47,889 bases of DNA, taken from NCBI GenBank assembly GCA_900128585.1, contig LT642166.1:1-47889 (forward strand), written 5' to 3'. The notes below the pieces were generated by a model, which was given only the letters and a program-made list of their open reading frames with translations, searched no databases and was not told the origin of the DNA. Source of the stretch: Stramenopiles sp. TOSAG23-3. Its lineage: Eukaryota. The number at the start of each line of letters is the position of its first letter. Position 1 is the stretch's first letter. Of the stretch, positions 19,935-31,317 are shown piece by piece. The translations under genes and the position numbers were made by a program.

Positions 19935-20885
19935 ATGGCCTCACTTGCAAACGATGGGAAGAACTCCACGGGGTATATCTTCTTGGACGACAGCAACCTT
20001 ATGGTGAAAGAAGCCTTGCAAAACCACTTCGAACCTGGTTCCCGGCAAGAGCCCGTTGACATCAGAGCGTGTGACTTTGACGATGCGCAGTTTCATGTTT
20101 TAGTCACTGCTGACAAACCGTCAGAAGTGCTAGTATCAATACAAATGCCGTGCTATGCTGAACTTTACTCCTGTGGTGCAGAGAACGTTCTTGTAGATAA
20201 GTTCGAAGGAATGTTTTCTGCCGAACCCGTGGAGGGCTATGACCTCACCCTGAAAGTTAGCCTAGAGAGCATGAAGGGGACCATCGAAGAAACAATTGAA
20301 AATATTAGCCGTTTGAAAACAATTATTGCCAGCAGTCCTTTCCAGACCGCTTTCGAAGCTTTAAACGCTGGGACCTGCGGCAACTTGCCACCTATGGCGT
20401 TCCAACCGAGGCCGACGGAAAACCTGTATCTGATACCATCTAGCGACCGCGTCGTTGTAACCTTTGTGCTGGACTTTCCGGATCCAACTGACACTGCAAT
20501 TGCACGGGTTTTTTTGCAGGAATTCTCGGAGGCACAGAGAACAGTGCGTCGTGCACCGCCGGTGTCATTTACAAGGGGTCCTGGTAGAGAGCTGGAGCAA
20601 TTTGGGGTCACTTCTGAACAGAGCGATGGCAACGTGCTTGGTTATTTGACGTTCACTATTTTGCCATCCCACGTAAGTTCTGACAGAGTAGACAAGACCG
20701 TCAGCATGCTGGCTAGCTTTCGGAATTATTTGCACTACCACATAAAGGCATCAAAATCGCATTTGCATTCAAGAATGCGCTCGCGTGTCACTAGCTTGCT
20801 TGGTGCTTTGTCAAGCGCCAGAATGAAAAACAACGTTATCAAAGAAAAGAAAACGGCGAAAGGAAAAACGTTCACCAGGCGCTAA
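19935..20885 (+). CDS. ARPC2: Arp2/3 complex subunit 2 (p34-Arc)
   Basis: DFDDAQFHV, DRVVVTF, IARVFLQEF, FRNYLHYHIKASKSHLHSRMR and EKKTAKGKTF. Confidence 0.95.
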   Translation: MASLANDGKNSTGYIFLDDSNLMVKEALQNHFEPGSRQEPVDIRACDFDDAQFHVLVTADKPSEVLVSIQMPCYAELYSCGAENVLVDKFEGMFSAEPVEGYDLTLKVSLESMKGTIEETIENISRLKTIIASSPFQTAFEALNAGTCGNLPPMAFQPRPTENLYLIPSSDRVVVTFVLDFPDPTDTAIARVFLQEFSEAQRTVRRAPPVSFTRGPGRELEQFGVTSEQSDGNVLGYLTFTILPSHVSSDRVDKTVSMLASFRNYLHYHIKASKSHLHSRMRSRVTSLLGALSSARMKNNVIKEKKTAKGKTFTRR

Positions 20886-21049
20886 ATGTATTTTCTTGTC
20901 ACGCTCTAGCATATCGGTTTAAAGAATTTCTTTTTAAAAAGAGTTTTAAAAACAAAAATATATAGTTAGTTTTAAAATATATAACTTTTTAGTTTAATTT
21001 TTACCTACTTCGAACATAAGAGCATATAGTTTGTTTTTAATTTATATCC

Positions 21050-22303
21050 TCACTGCACGATGTGAGCGTACCGCCTCTGAAACCTCGACAGATCTTTATA
21101 CTTGTCTGAAATACCATGTATCATCGAAGCTGTCAAAGGGTTTATGGAATGGGCTCGGGAAGAAAACCTGTCAATTTTTAAAGTTACCGTTATAGGTAGG
21201 CTCTCTCGTGCCGCAGGGACTCCCATTAAGCTTTGTGTTTTTGGAACTAATCCTTCAGTTCGACTTGCCTGGGTTTTCAGGAGTTTGGCCAAAGTAGGGT
21301 TCACACCAGGAGGGGGACGCGTACGTTCTCTGAGTTCTTCCCGCTCTCGGCGGAGGGTAGCCCTAGTTTTTTCTAGCATTTCTTTTGCACCCGGTGGAGG
21401 GGGCAGTGCCAACAAGGTGCGCGCACTGTCTTCGGAGTATAGGTTTTTCCCAGGGCAATTTTCCTTTGTTCGGGGCACTGTCAGTATCTGCCGTTCCACA
21501 CTTTTTAATTTTGAGCAAATGGCGTTTTGTTCTTCTCGGATCGAATTGTGGACCATCTTTCTGTCCATTCTATTTATCTTGTCGTGCCATACGGCCTTCA
21601 GGGATTTCGGTCGCGGCAGGCGCGTTTCCTTATTGGCAGTTTCCGACGATGTGTTTGCCTTTTCGTTATCTCTGCGAATAAACACTTGGTCTAATGCATT
21701 TATGCTTCGCTTGAACTTTGCCTTTTCTCGAGAAGTGAAACCTTTCTCATTAGGTTTTGGCACTCCGTACGATGTCAGCGCGGCCAAAAGAACCTTTCTT
21801 CGATAGGATGATAGTAACGTTTCCACCCCTACCAGGTTATGGTCACCCAGCTCGCCGGAGTCAAGGGCGCGATGCAATTTTTTGAAGGCATTGTCGCTGC
21901 TTTTATCGTTTAAGATTTCCCAAAACTCATCGAATCCTATCTCCCCACTGCCGTCAGTATCGACATGGGAAATTAACTCTCTGACCTCTTCGACACTATG
22001 TGCAAACCCCATTGAGATAAGAGGCACGACCAATTCGTTTTCGTCTATTTCGCCCGAACTGTCAAAGTCCAAATGATCGAACCACTCCCTGGCCTCTTTT
22101 CTCCTTTTCAGGGTTCGTCCTATTCTCTTACCACGCTTCGGTTTACTTACATGGAGCCACGACATCATTTCTCTTTCATTTTCGTCCATGGCCGCTCGTC
22201 GCTTTTTCCTTTTTGCATCGTTTATCAAAGCACTTTCTATTTTCCAGTTCCGTAACTCTTTCCGCAACGCTTTCATTTTGTTTCGACTGTTAGGCTTATC
22301 CAT
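21050..22303 (-). CDS. EF-hand (calmodulin/centrin-like pair) protein with basic extensions
   Basis: WFDHLDFDSSGEIDENEL and VDTDGSGEIGFDEF. First ATG (MDKPN) is at 22303. Confidence 0.85.
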   Translation of the reverse strand: MDKPNSRNKMKALRKELRNWKIESALINDAKRKKRRAAMDENEREMMSWLHVSKPKRGKRIGRTLKRRKEAREWFDHLDFDSSGEIDENELVVPLISMGFAHSVEEVRELISHVDTDGSGEIGFDEFWEILNDKSSDNAFKKLHRALDSGELGDHNLVGVETLLSSYRRKVLLAALTSYGVPKPNEKGFTSREKAKFKRSINALDQVFIRRDNEKANTSSETANKETRLPRPKSLKAVWHDKINRMDRKMVHNSIREEQNAICSKLKSVERQILTVPRTKENCPGKNLYSEDSARTLLALPPPPGAKEMLEKTRATLRREREELRERTRPPPGVNPTLAKLLKTQASRTEGLVPKTQSLMGVPAARESLPITVTLKIDRFSSRAHSINPLTASMIHGISDKYKDLSRFQRRYAHIVQ

Positions 22304-23616
22304 ATTGGCAGTGTTGCGCACGATAATACGTTGCGATCCAAAGCTTGACGGACAGGGTTTCTTACCAGAATCAACCCAACCGTTGTTGAATTCTGAGATA
22401 ATTTAGTTGGAAAAAGGTATCGAAATGTTAGTTAGTGCTCGTCGAAACGCGCAAAGCAGATAAAATATGCATTGCTGATCATCAGTATTTGAGAGGCATT
22501 TTCTGCACCGCTGTTTTTACTACTGTTTGACTGCTAATTTTATTCGCTTGGTGGTTTTGTATTGATCAGCTATTATACTCGTAGACGACTATAATACCGT
22601 AAGAAACAAAGAAATTTCTGTGCCGCTGCTGAGTGAGAAGAAGAGCTGAAAAATGAAATGACAAAAAGAACAAAACACAGCATCACAGCATCTTGGGTTA
22701 TTGAGTGAGATGAGGAGTAGTTAATAGGAATACGTAGTCCTACAGTATATTGGATATATAGCTCCTTAGAAAAAATTAGAGTAAAAGTTAGAAAAGCGAG
22801 AAATATTAATATACAGAGCAGTACAGTGTATTATTTTTTATGCGTTATAAATTTGTCTCTTCTTTTTATTTTTGTTCACGGCTCACGGCTTCTTAGCTGA
22901 GTGTGTTATTACAAGACTATTTACTCAGTTTCTATTTCTTTTTAAAGTTAGAATTAGGGCAGATCTCCTCGTAATACAAGGACTCCTCGTATTTCTTTTG
23001 ATGGAATGTCATAAATAAATGTCATACTCTAAAAAAGTTGATGACAAGAGCGCGTCACCATATTTCCTCGTAGACTAATATATATTTTAATTTACAATTA
23101 TTACTGTAGTACTACAGTATTATTTATTAGAAGAAACAAAAATAAGAAAAGAGAGTATTATGTAAGTGCATTCATTGTATACGTACGTAATAACACGTGA
23201 GGAGAGAGGCGCATAGTATTAATTCCTTACCTAATAATACGTAGAGAGGTTTTGTTTTGGAGGTGTGGTGGCGGCAGGAGGAAGTGGACAAAAAATAATA
23301 AAAGAAAGAAAGATTCGATGTTTCATTCCCTATGTTATGTTCATATTATTCGGTGGTGAAAGGAGCTGATCGGCGTACCAAGTAGTAGTAGAAGCAAGCA
23401 AACAAAAATGAAGAACAACAACAACCGAACACAGAAGGAAAGAAATCATTCTTGTCCGTGCGTTTGATGAATGTAATGTATTGATATGTTAAAGATGAAA
23501 TTGTATGGGACATATTAATGAAGGGCGCCCAGGTGAGTTTCAACTTGAAGAAGAATTGAAAATTACTGCACAAGCAACCAATCCTTTGATTACAAGCATT
23601 TCCAAACTATTCAACA

Positions 23617-25125
23617 ATGGCAATCCACTTACGCGGCTCAGGCATCACGCTTGAAAAGATCACCAAACAAAGTACCGAAGAGCAAAAGTCGGGTATAGTC
23701 TGCACCATGGGACCAAGTTGCTGGGACCCAGACACCTTGGTACAAATGATTGACTCGGGCATGACTGTTGCACGACTCAACTTTTCCCACGGGGACCATC
23801 CTGGCCATGCGCAGACGATCAAAAATTTGCAGATTGCACTGAAGCAGCGCCCGTTGGCGCACGTAGCCGTAATGTTGGACACGAAAGGCCCTGAAATTCG
23901 AACGGGTTTCTTCAAAAACGGAGGCAAAATCACCTTGAAAGCCGGCCAAGATTTGACGATCGTAACTGACTACGAATATTTGGGAGACGAAACGAAAATT
24001 GCGTGCTCTTACCCGAAACTGCCTGCTTCCTGCGAAGTAGGCCAGACCATCTTGGCGGCGGACGGTACCCTTGTTATGGTAGTGAAGGAAGTACTCGAGG
24101 ATTCAGTGGTCGTTCGTGTGACAGGCAATGCCACAATTGGTGAACGGAAAAACATGAACCTTCCCGGGGTTCCTGTTGATCTCCCAGTGGTTACTGAGAA
24201 GGATCGAAAGGACCTGGTTGAATTCGGTCTGACCCAACCTATTGATATGATTGCGCTCTCGTTCACCCAAAAAGGTGCTGACCTCGACGAAGTCCGCTCT
24301 ATCCTTGGAGAAGCCGGAGAGCATATTAAAATCATTTGCAAAATTGAAAATCAAGAAGGTTTAGAAAACTTTGACGAAATTTTGGAGAAAGCCGACGGCA
24401 TCATGGTCGCCCGCGGTGACTTAGGGATGGAGATTCCCCCTGAAAAAGTGTTTTTAGCGCAAAAGATGATGATCCGAAAGTGCAACATTGTTGGAAAGCC
24501 ATGCATCACGGCAACCCAGATGTTGGAAAGCATGTGCGGTAACCCGCGTCCAACGCGCGCCGAATGCACGGATGTTGCAAATGCTGTCCTTGATGGAACG
24601 GACTGTGTAATGCTCTCCGGGGAAACGGCTGGAGGATCTTACCCTTTAAATGCTGTTAAAATGATGGCTCACATATGCCGTGAAGCAGAAATGTGCATTA
24701 ACTACAACGCACTCTATCTGGCAACTCGTGGTTCTACTACGGACGAGGTTGGGACTATGGGCACCCCGGAGGCAATAGCATCGTCAGCGGTTAAGACGGC
24801 TATGGATATGAAAGCGAAGATGCTGATCGTCTTGACGGAGTCCGGAAATACTGCGCGTCTTGTTTGTAAGTACCGCCCATCGCAACCAATCTTAGTTTTG
24901 ACCCCGCGCCGACATGTAGCACGCCAGTGTGCTGGTCTTTTGAGGGGCTGCAAAGCTCACGTGGTTGGAAGCATGATCGGCACGGACGGAATTTTGCTGC
25001 GAGCAGCAGAGATGGGCAAAGAACTTGGGTACGTTAAATCTGGAGATGCAATTGTTGCCATCCACGGTATGCTTGAGGCACGTTCCGGTGCAACAAATAT
25101 GTTGAAGGTTCTTACTGTCCCGTAA
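23617..25125 (+). CDS. PK: Pyruvate kinase (cytosolic type)
   Basis: VARLNFSHG, MLDTKGPEIRTG, KIENQEG, GIMVARGDLGMEIP, TATQMLESM and DCVMLSGETA. Confidence 0.99.
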   Translation: MAIHLRGSGITLEKITKQSTEEQKSGIVCTMGPSCWDPDTLVQMIDSGMTVARLNFSHGDHPGHAQTIKNLQIALKQRPLAHVAVMLDTKGPEIRTGFFKNGGKITLKAGQDLTIVTDYEYLGDETKIACSYPKLPASCEVGQTILAADGTLVMVVKEVLEDSVVVRVTGNATIGERKNMNLPGVPVDLPVVTEKDRKDLVEFGLTQPIDMIALSFTQKGADLDEVRSILGEAGEHIKIICKIENQEGLENFDEILEKADGIMVARGDLGMEIPPEKVFLAQKMMIRKCNIVGKPCITATQMLESMCGNPRPTRAECTDVANAVLDGTDCVMLSGETAGGSYPLNAVKMMAHICREAEMCINYNALYLATRGSTTDEVGTMGTPEAIASSAVKTAMDMKAKMLIVLTESGNTARLVCKYRPSQPILVLTPRRHVARQCAGLLRGCKAHVVGSMIGTDGILLRAAEMGKELGYVKSGDAIVAIHGMLEARSGATNMLKVLTVP

Positions 25126-25268
25126 GCTAGAGAGTTTGAATTCACTCATTTAACTCAATATCGCATTCCTGGTCGCCCTTCCTATTTCCAGGCATTGCTG
25201 GAAACGTGCACCATGCCATATCGTGAACACAAGATAAATTAAAAAAAAACACAATAACTTATCCAATA

Positions 25269-25361
25269 TAATTAAAACAAGAAAATTGGCTGTTATTTAA
25301 GTAATTAAAGTTAAAGTACTGCGAACTGAATGTACTGCGAACTGAAAACTGAAAACTGAAA
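25269..25361. repeat. Dispersed repeat copy TAATTAAAACAAGAAAATTGGCTGTTA followed by GTACTGCGAACTG x2 and AAAACTG units
   Basis: Near-identical to 45019-45044; core also present at 14883 and 45202. Confidence 0.75.
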
Positions 25362-25736
25362 TCTAGAGTGGAGTCCATGAACAATCCGAATCGGAATGAA
25401 CCGTAATCAACTTCCTCATCCGATATCTCACTCATATAGGTGACTCAATCCTTGTGCGATTTTCCAAGCAGCGGCTTAATTGTATATAATTAAAAAAACA
25501 AATTATTGATTATTTGATGAGATTTACCAGAAGATGTAGGAACAAAATATACAAAGTATAAAAATTAAAGCATACTAGATGTAATTTGCTTTTCTAAAAA
25601 AATTTTAAAAAAAAAATTACATTGTATGCTATATATCAGACTCTCTTTCTGTGTTACTAACGCGCGTAAATATAAAAACGATATATTTTAAGAATTTATA
25701 AAAAAAGGCCTTTTGAATGATATAAAGAGTTTTAAA

Positions 25737-27935
25737 TTAGTCGATAATTTCTTCTGCGCGACTTAAGACAACCTCGGTGACAGTCACAACCGTCTCGTAA
25801 TCTTGGTCATCTTTGACTTCAATACCCAATTGCCGTCGTTCATTTTCAAGTTGAAGAAATTCAGCGTGGCGCCTCTGCATGCTTGCCATAAAGTTGTCGA
25901 TTTGGGAACGTTGTTTAGCAGTCTTCGCATCAGCCTTTTCTTTTGCTGCAAGTCGATCGCGTTCCGCATAGCCTTCAATCTTTTGTTTCAAATTCTTCTT
26001 CACTAATTTTTGCTCTTCCGTCGAGAGGAGCAATTGTGGACGAGGTCTCCATTCGAAGCTGTAGAAGTTCTGTCGCTGTGTTTCGTACATTGGAGCACCC
26101 TGGAAGGTCCATAATTTGAAGCCATTTTCGAGTTGGTAGCGCATTGACATGCTACCAAACATCATTGGCTGGCACACTGCTGTGCAACAAACGCGCCCGG
26201 ACGGGTCCCAGCAAATTTGGTTGCACATAAAATGCTCTTGTGTCGACATACTTTGTTCGTTGTCAGTATCCCAAAATTCTAGCTGGCCGTTGATGTTGTC
26301 CAACCCGGCAATAACGAGAAAGTTTCCCATTGGGGACCAGAACAGACGGTTTGCTTGTCTATTCTCTATAGTGTAAAGCATTTCCATTTTCCCCTTGTTT
26401 GAAGCATCACCCATAGTGTATACATCAACGTTGCCTTTAGTGGAAGAATCACCATAAATGTAAGCAAATCGGTTGCCATTGGGCTCCCACCTGAATTGAG
26501 AGACCTCCTCGGTTTGCTTAAAATGCTCGACTGCAATATCTTTGTGAAGATTTTTCATCCTGAAAATTTCGAAGTTTGTGTAGTGAGTCTTCTTGCTTTT
26601 CTTGTGGCGCAACACTTGCACCGCAAGGTACTCACCCCGAGGCTGCCAATGCAGTTCCACGCGGTCAACCATACTGCGTGTAATTGTGCGAAGAACGGTT
26701 CTTTCCGGGATCGCAATCAGCCGAATAGATGCTGGCGTGCTATCTTCTTCTTTTTCCGGGGACCAGTAGGAGAGGACAGGGGTTCCGCCGTTCCTTTCAA
26801 TTCCGCCGTTTTTCGTATCATATCCACAAGGAGACCACTTAAATTCCTGTACACCGGGTGCTCTCAACGATCGTTTGTCGAGCAATTTGCAAGTGTCCGA
26901 GTTGTAGACTTTGATTAATTTAGACTCCTTGTCGGCATCTTTTCTTGCAAAGTACTTGTCATCATGCGAAAATTGAAAGCAAGGCCAGTCACCGTGCACC
27001 TCGGGGTTGTACGCAAATTTCCTGAGCGATTCCCCGGTCCTTCGGTCCCATACAACGACGGGGCGTGAATCCTTTTCGTTTCGACTACTTGTTGCACCAT
27101 TCCATGTGACGACGTACTGTTCGTTGGGGGAAAAGTGTACTTGAACAACTTCCTTGTGCTCGAATCGAGTCACTTTCTCAAAAGAAACGCCACCCCATAA
27201 TACCATCCCCTGGGGATGAAAGGTCACAAAGAATGTGCCGTTTGGCGACCACGACACTTGGCGCTCACACCACGTCCTCCCGCTTGCCCTCTCTCGCGCG
27301 CCGTCGTACGCAACCTCAGGGGGCTGCGCTGTTGGCCCGTGGATCCAGTAAATTTCCGTGCTCTTGTCTTGACGGATGGCAAACTGGTCCCGGGAATTCT
27401 CATCCACCAAATAGGAGTACAAGTCGTCCCGAGCTTGGAATTTTGCGGCAGGAGGGGCGTTGTAGTCTGGTGGCGTCCTCATAACTCTTATCATATCATC
27501 AAACATGTACGTGTACAATTTGTGCGTTTTCGTTAGCTTCCACTCGTTCACTTCTTCCTGCGCTTTCCTCGCCTGTTTGACGGTCGACAATTCCACGAAG
27601 ACCGTGCCTAGAGTTTTTCCAGTCGTGGAGTCGACTGGCATAAAAATGTCTTTCGTATCTTCGTTAAACCTGGAGTCGTACTTCTTGAATAACTTCTGCA
27701 CGACCGCAACGAGCTTTGGCACTTTCGCCTCCACCGTGACTGGGAGGCCGACAACGACAACAATGCTACCAAACGATTGGTCTAGTGATGGCAATTCATC
27801 TTCGTAAACTTCATAATCATTGCCTTCGGACGCATACCCATCGTCTTGCTGAGTCGCAATCTGTTCGTCCAGGCTGTCGATTTCAGCCTGGATGTCTTCA
27901 ATAGTGCGTGTCTTGTAAGTTTCGGTAGTGGACAT
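25737..27935 (-). CDS. EIF3B: Translation initiation factor 3 subunit B (PRT1)
   Basis: N-terminal RRM (IVVVVGLPV...KLVAVVQKLF, KTLGTVFVE); beta-propeller motifs WSPNGTF, LHWQPRGEYL, WEPNGNRF, WDPSGR, ENGFKLWTFQG, FEWRPRP. First ATG is at 27935. Confidence 0.97.
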   Translation of the reverse strand: MSTTETYKTRTIEDIQAEIDSLDEQIATQQDDGYASEGNDYEVYEDELPSLDQSFGSIVVVVGLPVTVEAKVPKLVAVVQKLFKKYDSRFNEDTKDIFMPVDSTTGKTLGTVFVELSTVKQARKAQEEVNEWKLTKTHKLYTYMFDDMIRVMRTPPDYNAPPAAKFQARDDLYSYLVDENSRDQFAIRQDKSTEIYWIHGPTAQPPEVAYDGARERASGRTWCERQVSWSPNGTFFVTFHPQGMVLWGGVSFEKVTRFEHKEVVQVHFSPNEQYVVTWNGATSSRNEKDSRPVVVWDRRTGESLRKFAYNPEVHGDWPCFQFSHDDKYFARKDADKESKLIKVYNSDTCKLLDKRSLRAPGVQEFKWSPCGYDTKNGGIERNGGTPVLSYWSPEKEEDSTPASIRLIAIPERTVLRTITRSMVDRVELHWQPRGEYLAVQVLRHKKSKKTHYTNFEIFRMKNLHKDIAVEHFKQTEEVSQFRWEPNGNRFAYIYGDSSTKGNVDVYTMGDASNKGKMEMLYTIENRQANRLFWSPMGNFLVIAGLDNINGQLEFWDTDNEQSMSTQEHFMCNQICWDPSGRVCCTAVCQPMMFGSMSMRYQLENGFKLWTFQGAPMYETQRQNFYSFEWRPRPQLLLSTEEQKLVKKNLKQKIEGYAERDRLAAKEKADAKTAKQRSQIDNFMASMQRRHAEFLQLENERRQLGIEVKDDQDYETVVTVTEVVLSRAEEIID

Positions 27936-28758
27936 GATGCTCACTTTCAATTTAAAAACTATATATTGTCTTGGAATAAATATATATATATAGATGTGTT
28001 ATTATTACTAAACAATACAGTTTCTGAAAGAAATCAATGATCTTGTTGACTGATGTAAAGCATAATCGGGATGGAGTAGACAAGTTACCTTTTCCAAAAG
28101 AAAACCTTTTTGTAAATATTTAAATACACAACACAATGTTTTATTTATTTTATTTTTATTAATTTTATATTATTTTTTTATACAAATAATTATAGTAGAA
28201 GAACAAAGAAGAAGGAGAGAGAAGGATGAGAATAATTTAGAGAAGTTAAAATATAACAATAAATAATTAATTTTAATTAAAAAAAAATAGAAGAAAAGAG
28301 ACTTCCTTTCCTTCCTTCCTTCCTACTTGCTTGGTAGTGGAGTATTATTAGGATTGACTGGTGGACTGGTGGTATTAAATAATTAAGGCTATGTGTTTAT
28401 AGGGATAACTGGTAGGAGACCCTTTTAAATGATAAGACTATTGTAGATGTAGGGATTTAGATTGAATCAATTATTGATATTAATAATAAATAAATAGAAT
28501 GAAAAAAGTAATACAATATACCTCTTTATATACACACAGCATATATATTACTATAGACATATATCCTTAATTGTGGCTTATTTCGTCCAGCCCTAAATAG
28601 AAGATTTTCTGACCATTCAATTATAATAGGAGAATAGTATTATATAATTATAATTATTATTTATATACGAATATATTTCCTATCAATATAAATTATATTA
28701 ATAAAATAGACTATGCAAATTATTACTTATTTAAGACAAATTAATCCTATTGGAATAG

Positions 28759-31317
28759 TCACAATTTCTTCCCTAGAAATCGTTTTGCCATGTCAGATTT
28801 TGCCTTTTGCGCATTTGAAGATGCGCTTTGCAACGCAAGGGGGTCTAATTTTTTCACAATGTTCTTTACTAAATGCCTCATGCTGCCACCACCGAATATA
28901 GATGGTACTGAGCGATCCAACTTCCGAAACCCCAAACCTCTGCCAACGTACCTGGACCCAGACTTGCGGCTTCTGCGTTTTTTCTTGCGTTTGTTCGCCC
29001 GTTTTGACTTCAATGCCTTAGGCGCAATTTCTTGCCCAACATCCACGCGCTGGTTTTCAAAGTTTTCCTTCGCTTGCATGTGGTAGTGCCCATTTTCTCT
29101 GGGGGCTGAGGTTTTACGGACACTTGCAGAGTCCATGGAAATGGTTTCGATTGCACTGGTACCTGAATCCGACCGTGCAGCGTCGAACATCTCTTGGTGG
29201 GCTGATGACGATTCCTCACCAAAGCTCGACAAGGATGGGCTGGACGCAGAGTACGATTCAGGCTTATCTTGAAAATCTGGGCTTCCATCTTTTAAGAAGC
29301 TGACACTCTGACTGTAGCTCGATATAAACTTCTGCTGCCTCACAGGTGTGCGCGCTTGCGCGGAGACTGGCCGCCGCCGCCGCGACGGCTTTATCGCCTT
29401 GTCTCGATTCGATGCAGAGGTTGGTCGCACCCGACTATTGCGTTTACTATTTATGTTGGGCAACGGTCCAAGGACCGAAGTTGTGGAAAGATCCCCGAGC
29501 TGTGGCGGGTGCTTTGCTTGTGCTTCTAAGTCGATATCCTCATAGGCACTGCCTTGTTTTAGACCATCCCTTTGCATCTGCAATTGGCCTGGGCTATGCA
29601 TGTTCATGTCGTCAGCTCGGGCGAATACATCTTGGCGCTCATAGGAAGCATTCGAAACCACGGATTCGGTTGCAGAAGATGGCCTTCCTGATGACGCAAA
29701 TGATTTAACGGATGCCACAGCAGAAGTTGGTCGACTAATAGCAGAAGTTGGTCGACTAATAGCAGAAGTTGGTCGACTAGTAGCGGACGACGGTCTTTCA
29801 GATGACGCAAATGACTTAACGGACACAACCGCAGACGTTGGCCGACTAATCGTGTACTGACTCTCCACGTCAGGACTGTCCTCCCTTGGGTTCAGGGAGT
29901 TAGACGATACGGATGGTGCTCCAGAATAGGCTGAGCCGGGACGTTCAGTGCTAACAAAAATATGCTTGCTCGGTAACACGGGCATGGCGCTTGCAGGACG
30001 ATCCGCCTGGAGGCGATTTTTGTCGTACTCGTCTGGATAAACAACTGTTTGGTCAGACAGGCCTAAATAAAGCATATCTGCAGACTGCGGCCGTCTGTTG
30101 AAAACTTTTCCTTTCCGGGGATGAGATGGAAAAGACGAGGCCGTGTTCGACACTTCGTCTGCCTCCGATAAAATTGCCAGATTCATCCGTGTCTTCTTTT
30201 GATCAAAGAAGTCTTTACTGCCTTCAGGCGCGCGGGTGACGGGAATATTTACAGTTGCAGCCAAGGGGGATTCCGTCACTGATCGGCACATTGAAGAGGA
30301 GCTCATTATATCTGTGCGCGACAATGACCTAGACAGGGAGGTGTTCGCAATGGCGAGGTGATTTCGACCCGTTCTTCTATCATTCCTTGAGCCAACCTTA
30401 GATTGCATCTTCAAAATACGAGGGGCCTTCTTACGCTTTGGGCTGGTGCACAATTGTGACCGATCAGATGCAGTTGCCAAAGGGTTGTTGACGATTGACT
30501 TTGCATACAAACCTTGCAACTGAAGGAGCTCTCGCTGAAGGTACTTGTGTTCAATTTCCCATGACGTTGCCTCTTGCCTTGCTTGAGACAAATTAGATGA
30601 TAATTTTTCAACAACCTTCTCAAGGTCGAGCAAGCACTCGTCCTTTCTTCGCACTTCGTCTTCGCCAACCCGCACTAACTGCTCTGTACTACTTAACCCC
30701 AATGTCAAAGTCGTAATCTCTTTGTCTTTTCGTTCTAGTTCCCCCTTCAGCCGGTCGCACTCTTTCTGAAAGCGGCGCGCCTGCGCACGAGATGAAGCTA
30801 GCTCGCGTTCAGCAAAGGCACACCGGTGCACAAAAATGGCCTCTCTCGCTCGCGCTTGCTGTTCTGCTTGTAAATCACTTTTCGCTTGATGTGTCAACTG
30901 CTGGTGAACGGTCGTCTCTCTCTCCAGAAGGGAACATTTTTGCGTCAATTTCGTGACCAGTTTTTGATTTCCGGTCATCATTCTTTGGGATATGTCTAAA
31001 TTTCTTTGCAAACGATTAACTCGCTTTTCTAATATAACAACTTTCTCTTCTGGAGACACAGCGTCTCGTAATTTTTCTTTTTCTTCCGTTTCTCTTCTCG
31101 CTTGCTCGTTCTCTTTGAACGCTTTTATATCTTTAGCCCTTTTAATTCGCCTCGATTTCCGAATATCATTCTTTCGACGTTTATCTTGCATTCGCATCTT
31201 GATATCTAAACGCTGTTTCATACTATGACTGGGCTTCACTTGAAGTGACGGTTCGTCGTCGGTCAACGAGTCATCGCTTACCTCCGAGAACTGAGCTTCA
31301 ATCTCGGCGTCTTCCAT
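28759..31317 (-). CDS. Coiled-coil protein with disordered C-terminus rich in RPxSA repeats
   Basis: Coding-like composition starts near MEDAEIE (ATG 31317), although the ORF is open to 31563. Long heptad region, then more than ten RPxSA motifs. Confidence 0.8.
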   Translation of the reverse strand: MEDAEIEAQFSEVSDDSLTDDEPSLQVKPSHSMKQRLDIKMRMQDKRRKNDIRKSRRIKRAKDIKAFKENEQARRETEEKEKLRDAVSPEEKVVILEKRVNRLQRNLDISQRMMTGNQKLVTKLTQKCSLLERETTVHQQLTHQAKSDLQAEQQARAREAIFVHRCAFAERELASSRAQARRFQKECDRLKGELERKDKEITTLTLGLSSTEQLVRVGEDEVRRKDECLLDLEKVVEKLSSNLSQARQEATSWEIEHKYLQRELLQLQGLYAKSIVNNPLATASDRSQLCTSPKRKKAPRILKMQSKVGSRNDRRTGRNHLAIANTSLSRSLSRTDIMSSSSMCRSVTESPLAATVNIPVTRAPEGSKDFFDQKKTRMNLAILSEADEVSNTASSFPSHPRKGKVFNRRPQSADMLYLGLSDQTVVYPDEYDKNRLQADRPASAMPVLPSKHIFVSTERPGSAYSGAPSVSSNSLNPREDSPDVESQYTISRPTSAVVSVKSFASSERPSSATSRPTSAISRPTSAISRPTSAVASVKSFASSGRPSSATESVVSNASYERQDVFARADDMNMHSPGQLQMQRDGLKQGSAYEDIDLEAQAKHPPQLGDLSTTSVLGPLPNINSKRNSRVRPTSASNRDKAIKPSRRRRPVSAQARTPVRQQKFISSYSQSVSFLKDGSPDFQDKPESYSASSPSLSSFGEESSSAHQEMFDAARSDSGTSAIETISMDSASVRKTSAPRENGHYHMQAKENFENQRVDVGQEIAPKALKSKRANKRKKKRRSRKSGSRYVGRGLGFRKLDRSVPSIFGGGSMRHLVKNIVKKLDPLALQSASSNAQKAKSDMAKRFLGKKL
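29690..29850. repeat. Intragenic 21-bp tandem repeat x3 (RPTSAxS) nested in a 111-bp-period duplication
   Basis: AGCAGAAGTTGGTCGACTA(A/G)T at 29719, 29740 and 29761; 29690-29739 resembles 29801-29850. Confidence 0.9.

Noticed and set aside
25316-25361. CRISPR-like reading of the GTACTGCGAA repeats (also 45071-45141)
   Set aside because: Only two short units per locus, no regular unique spacers, no cas genes, eukaryotic context.
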